Below, in pieces: positions 58,640 through 64,000 of a DNA stretch of 64,000 nucleotides. This DNA comes from Paragordius varius (Eukaryota; Animalia; Nematomorpha): positions 11,098,001 through 11,162,000 of the forward strand of contig OZ176054.1 of assembly GCA_964247055.1 (NCBI GenBank). Reading direction: 5' to 3'. The position numbers and the translations under genes are program-made. The notes beneath the pieces are model-generated. The model was not told the DNA's origin and ran no database searches. It saw only the letters and a program-made list of their open reading frames with translations. The number at the start of each line of letters is the position of its first letter. The first letter of the stretch is position 1.

Positions 58640-59460
58640 ATTAATTTATTTAATTAAATATATTTCCCATCTGCTTCAACACATTTCGCCCATTTCTCAG
58701 TTAATGTGTGAATGAGTCCAGTAAAACTAATTGTTTACGGAAAAACCATTTTAACGTCTTTCAAATTTATGAAGTAATTTGCCAGCAGTCCTATGCGAAG
58801 AGTTAATAGTCAAATGACCCCAGGTCACGAGGTTATGGCGGATTGAATTTTTCATCTAGGGGATTGTGTCTTTCACTGGATCGTGAGGCTGAGCTTTCAT
58901 GGAAATCTTTTGACCATGTTTTTTGCCCATTCAAGTTGTTTCAATTATTGCATAATTTAAAGTAATTGTTAGTTGACGATAGCATTTAATAATGGTTTTA
59001 CCAAAGTTCATACCACAATGGCTTAATGTTGGACCGGCTAGGCTATGTGAGGCGTAGATTTTTCAAGCTAAATACTCTCATCACTGTGATTATATTTGTG
59101 AAATTTAATCAGTTCACAAGTTTTGCTAAATTATTGTGGATGCCGTTTACAGAGTTATTGGTTTTTTCCATTGCTCGACGTCTATTTTATGTTTTTTTGA
59201 TTCGTATAATACATCTACCATTTGTTGTGGAATTTGATTTATGTTAGCATACTCTTGCACTTTGTCGTCTTCGCAATCACCAGAGCGCCTACTCTCTTTC
59301 ACATTTCATATATAAACCATGTTTCACAAATTTTAATCGATTGAACTTATTCATTATATGGCAAACGATGATTTTCCTGAGCCTTATGTTTGATGAAATA
59401 AGAAAAAAAATGCGTGCCATGTTTTTATTCAGGTGCATAATTTGACATGTTACTAGATGT
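58640..59460 (-). mobile_element. Degenerate mariner transposase remnant
   Basis: C-terminal EKWAKCVEADG remnant near 58670-58700; faint N-terminal HTH/RSG remnant near 59280-59420. Confidence 0.6.
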
Positions 59461-59514
59461 AAAAATAAGACGCTAGTGTTTGGCCGTCTGAACATTTCTG
59501 TGTTTTTAGTTTAA

Positions 59515-60071
59515 CACTTTGATTCAAATTGGGGTATCTAAATACCCTAGAAATTTGAGTTGTATTTTTGAAATACTGAAGGAAACGGTAATTTGAGTTT
59601 ATGCTTCTATCCTAATAAAAATTATATAAATATGCCAAAATATAAATTGAATTTTGTTTTGAAAAAAAAGTTTTATGTCAAACTACTTCGACGCCATTTT
59701 TATTAAACAAATTTTTGCAAAATATCGTCTATTTAATTGTAAGGGTATTAAAGCTAATTTTTTATTTCAGTTAAATCTACACTGATAGAAATAGAAAAAG
59801 CCGTTTATTTTATATTTTTTAATTTTACCATTGCACACATGTCACGTTGACTAAATTTTTACCTTTCGGTTTTATCTTAAAATAAGTAATATCAAGTATT
59901 TTTATATAAATTTTTTTATATATTTTGGTTTATTAAGTTATATAAGTGCAAAATTTGCCATGGTTTCATTTCCTCCCATATTTTTAAAGAATTTAATTTT
60001 AAACAGATCTGGGGTATTTAACTACCCCAATTTGAATCGAAGGACTAAAATGAATGTGTTATATCCAAGTG
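59515..60071. mobile_element. MITE family C copy (557 bp, TTAA-flanked)
   Basis: TTAA|CACTTTGATTCAAATTGGGG...ATATCCAAGTG|TTAA; colinear with 22783-23346. Confidence 0.85.
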
Positions 60072-60452
60072 TTAATGTAATATGAACAAAATGGGGTACG
60101 TGTCAAATTAATGGTCTGCGTTTTATTCGTTGGCTTAAACCGGTATTTGCTATGTCAAATGCAATAGATAACCAGGATTTATTTTCAATAAATTATATTA
60201 GTATATTATTATTAAATAAATATAGAGATAACTTGCAGTTTAAAAATAATATTAATAGAGTTAATTATTGCATTAGCTGCTGTTATATTTACAATATTTT
60301 ACAGTATATAATTATAAATCTATATTTGCTAAGATATATTCGTTACATGATTGATTTTAAAAATTAATTTTTTAAGATTGTTAAAATTGGTTATTTTTAG
60401 ATTTGGTATATGTACAATATTGAATTCTATTTATGAAAAAAAGAGGCATGAA

Positions 60453-61461
60453 TTAGGGAATTTCAAAATCAAAACCATCTTCATCATCAACCGGCAATCT
60501 GTTATCGATATTTGAATCTTGGTTAGCACTATTTTTGTTTATGCCATTCTGTTCATTACTATGTTTCAAAAATTATTTAGTACACATTTTTGTAACATTG
60601 TTTCATTTACAAAAATTAAAATTTACAGACAAAAACGTAGAGGTTAGAAAAGATATAATTTTTTTAAAAGACCATTTACTTTTTTACATTTGATTTTCAT
60701 ATATAATTTATTTTGATTGCAAAGTATGAGAGATTAATTGATAAAACAATTGATCAATCAATATATTTTATAATTAAAAATTTCTAATGGCAAAAATTAT
60801 GGTTCAAAAAAGTATGGTCTGTATGTAATTTAACTTCCTCTTTATATATATTTCATAACATTTAGCTGTTGCTTACAACGATAATGTTTCTTTAAACTTA
60901 TAATCGTAATTTGGATCCCCGTCTATCCCCTCCTCTATATCTAACAAGAGTTGCAAGGATGGATCATCGTCATCATCATATTTCTCGCCTATATAAATTA
61001 TTATTTATATAAATTATCATTTTTATTAAATATTTTAACCACCCTAAAAATTGAAAAGGAAATTGGTATTGGGATTATAATTTAGCAACAAATTTAAGTA
61101 TGAATTTTCGGTTACTACAAGTAATCTTTTTAACCGTAAATATAAAATTAAGATATAAAAGAAAAATATTAATGAAAAATGAAACTAAACAAACTATAAC
61201 CAATTTGTTGGACAAATAAGTCATCAGAGTTTGTTTCATCATCCTGACTTCTCTGTAAAATGTTTCCATTTTCATCAATGGATGGAGTTGTTTCAAATAA
61301 AGATTCATCTAAATCATCTAGTAAAATTATTAGAAATATTTAGTTTAAAAAAAATTGAAAGGATAACAGTATGAGTAACTATGTATTGCTATTTCAATTT
61401 TCATCGCCAAATACCATATACTGCTAATGGATCCTGACTTAAAGATTTTTCTTTTTACAAC
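60453..61461 (-). CDS. 3' exons of an orphan protein with a polybasic CKKKK motif and an acidic tail (possible membrane-protein cytoplasmic domain); 5' part unresolved
   Basis: Exons 61461-61415, 61317-61201, 60988-60898 and 60558-60453 join through GT-AG introns in compatible phases: CKKKKSLSQDPLAVYDDLDESLFETTPSIDENG...GEKYDDDDDPSLQLLLDIEEG...DDEDGFDFEIP*. Confidence 0.68.
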
Positions 61462-62049
61462 TATTGGTCTATAATAAAATTAATGCTCTGTGCTGTATAT
61501 CTGGTAATATTTATTGAAACAACAAGCAATGTATTTTTATTCCTACTATATATGAGATGCCAACTGATAAGTTAGATCAAAATATATAAAATCTTTAAAC
61601 TGACAACAAAGAATACCACATAACATGTCTAATAAGCCAATAATATTAATTTTGTTTATGGCTTAATTTCTCATTATGTTTGCACTTTATTTGGGTAGAT
61701 TTTGTTTCAGAGTCTTAAATATATAATATCAGATAAATGTTTTAATTTTTACAGTTTCATATTTTGAACAGTCCAGAAATTTAGACCCAAATAGAATTGG
61801 GATAGACAGTGATTTGATATCATGATAATCGATTTGTATTAAGATAATGTCAAATAATTTGATTTTTGTAGTATTTTCGTGATTTAAAAAAGGCAAAAAA
61901 AATATTTAGCGAAAATTTTGCATAAAAATATTTCATTAAAAAAACACCCACAATTTGACTTCACCAAAACATGGTAACATATTTCTTAATTAAACAATAT
62001 ATCGAATTTTATAAAAAATATTTTGCCGCACCCATTGCCATCAAAAGAA

Positions 62050-62830
62050 AAAGGCTGTTGCATCGTTTCCTGGCACAAAAACATGGTGAACTTGTTAACC
62101 ATGGTTTCAAAAATTTAAACGTTGAGATTTAATGAAAAATTGCAAAGGCGATAATGCAGTAGTTATGGGATAATAACCCAACTAAACCCAACAGCAGAAG
62201 CATTAAAAAAAACAAATCGATATATATCCACGAGCAAGGTGAAAGACCAATAAACTCGGTATATGGATTCCACACAATTTGTATGAACGTCAAAACTGCA
62301 AAGTGTTTATTGAAATCCTGCTTCAATTTCGCGAAGAGATTATTTTTGAATTGAATTGGGACGCGTGATGAGAAGTGGTTTTATCTGGTAAATGCAAAGG
62401 GGAAAAACTTTCACCAAGCCGTTCCTTATACAACAAGGCCATATCATTTCGACAAAAAACCATGCGTGTGGGTCAAGAGCGGCATTTACTTTTGAAGTCC
62501 CGTGAAATTGTTAATATACAACACTATCGATAACAATGCCTAAGTAAATTCTTAATCGAAAAACAACCGCAATGAGCCAGAAAACATAGCAAGACCATTT
62601 TGCTATATGACAATGCTTCGTCTCCCACAAACCAACCAAAAAGAAACGCCTTTGAATCGTAGATGATTTTTTCTCACATATGAACTCTCCTGATCGGTAC
62701 CATCTGACTAATACAACTTTGCATCGATGAGGCACACCCTCGCAGAGCAGTACTTTTTCTAAGTCGTAGGGATATGGCTCGACAAATGGTTTGTTGCAAA
62801 AGTCAATTAGCCTCCTGGCATTCACATATA
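62050..62830 (+). mobile_element. Degenerate mariner (DD34D-type) copy
   Basis: Remnants TRDEKW, TILLYDNA and SPD; frameshifted. Confidence 0.72.
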
Positions 62831-63199
62831 CCTGTATTGAAATATAGAGACCAATGTACAATATTTTGAATAAAATATTTGATTTTCTTACAAAATTACA
62901 TGTGTTCCCGAAAAACCGGTATTATGAATGCCTAAATATGATAGTTATAAAATATGGCCCATGAAACTGCTTAGGAGTAGAGACCCCAAGTGAATTAGGT
63001 GCGAATAAAAGGATATATTTATTTTTAATCCGTTATGAAAATCGATCTGATGTAGGAATCCTAACTGTAAAATTTCAGATTTATTTTATATATCAATGAA
63101 TTTTTTTAAAAGTATTTATTTTCCACTTTGTGTGGAACAGACCCTAAAAAATATTTTTTTACAAGTTTTCATTGAGTAAAAAATATAATATCAAACGGT

Positions 63200-63900
63200 A
63201 ATCAATTTTTTACTTTATTCAAAATATTATCAATCGGCTTCTCCACACTTTGCCCATCTCGGTAAATATATAAATGACGGACCAGAAAAATTAATTGTCC
63301 TATGCAGAAAACATTCGTTAAGCCGTTTTTCAACGTCTTTGTAATCATTGAGGTCTGCTCAAGGAGGGTGTGTGATACAAACTTGATGGTCAGATGGCGC
63401 TGAGTCAGTAGTGTTATCCAAGCTTTTTAAAGGTGTCTTTTATTAATTTTGCTATGAAAGACGAAGCATTGTCATATGAAAAAATCATTTTTTCCATGTT
63501 TTCTGGCTCATTCCAATTGTATTTCGATTGGCTTCATTCAGGCATTTGTTAGAGAAATTTAGTGTTTTAACAATTTCACGGGATTTCAAAAGTTCTAGCC
63601 GCTTTGGTCCCACCAGACACAGATTGCAAATATGACCTTATTGTGTATGGAACGGCGTGGGATGAAAGATTTTCCCGCTTTGGATTTACAACGTGTCCCA
63701 ATTCGATGGGAAAATGATTTCTGTTCGTGCCGTTGAAGCAGGATTTTACTAATCACTTTGCAATTTTCGATTTTCGTCAAAATATGTGAAATGGTCTATA
63801 TATATATCTCTCTCTCTCCTATAGCTCGTAAACATCTATCGACGTTATTATATGTAAAGCTTCTCTCGATCGCCGTTAAGTTTCAGTTCATCATTCAGTA
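63200..63900 (-). mobile_element. Degenerate mariner copy of the same family, inverted relative to 62050-62830
   Basis: SFSHRIGT, KVIFAICVWWDQSG, YDNAS and SAPSDH remnants; shares blocks such as gagccagaaaacat and atatgacaatgcttcgtct with the + copy. Confidence 0.75.
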
Positions 63901-64000
63901 ATTGCAATCGTCCTTTGCAGCTATGAGGCCTATCATAACGCGCACTCTTTCACATAAAATCCCATTTTTTAATATTTGATGTAGCGTGTTCACCATTCTA

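Overview
Very AT-rich eukaryotic, animal-like genomic DNA in the standard code, with roughly half or more of the window made of transposon remains. No RNA genes or CRISPR arrays were found. Recognisable host genes: the 3' 11 exons of an AMP deaminase (2819-10659, +), an intronless tRNA dimethylallyltransferase TRIT1/MOD5 (23772-25265, +), and, tail-to-tail 36 bp away, a TTC4/CNS1 TPR co-chaperone with 21-22-nt introns (25302-26577, -). Reading for splice phase also recovers genes that the ORF track fragments: a five-exon, all-phase-1 orphan glycoprotein (29763-39429, -), a small signal-peptide ORF broken by one extra T (56777-57050, -), and the 3' exons of an orphan with a KKKK motif and an acidic tail (60453-61461, -). 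The mobile fraction includes a 2.5-kb foldback element in an AMPD intron, TA-, TTAA- and 8-bp-TSD MITE families, four Mag-like Ty3/Gypsy loci (three with inversion junctions, one with near-identical LTRs around broken ORFs), two RTE-type LINEs, several dead hAT transposons, three dead mariners and a Helitron 3' end. All coordinates, translations and identity estimates were made by eye. The host taxon cannot be determined from the sequence alone.
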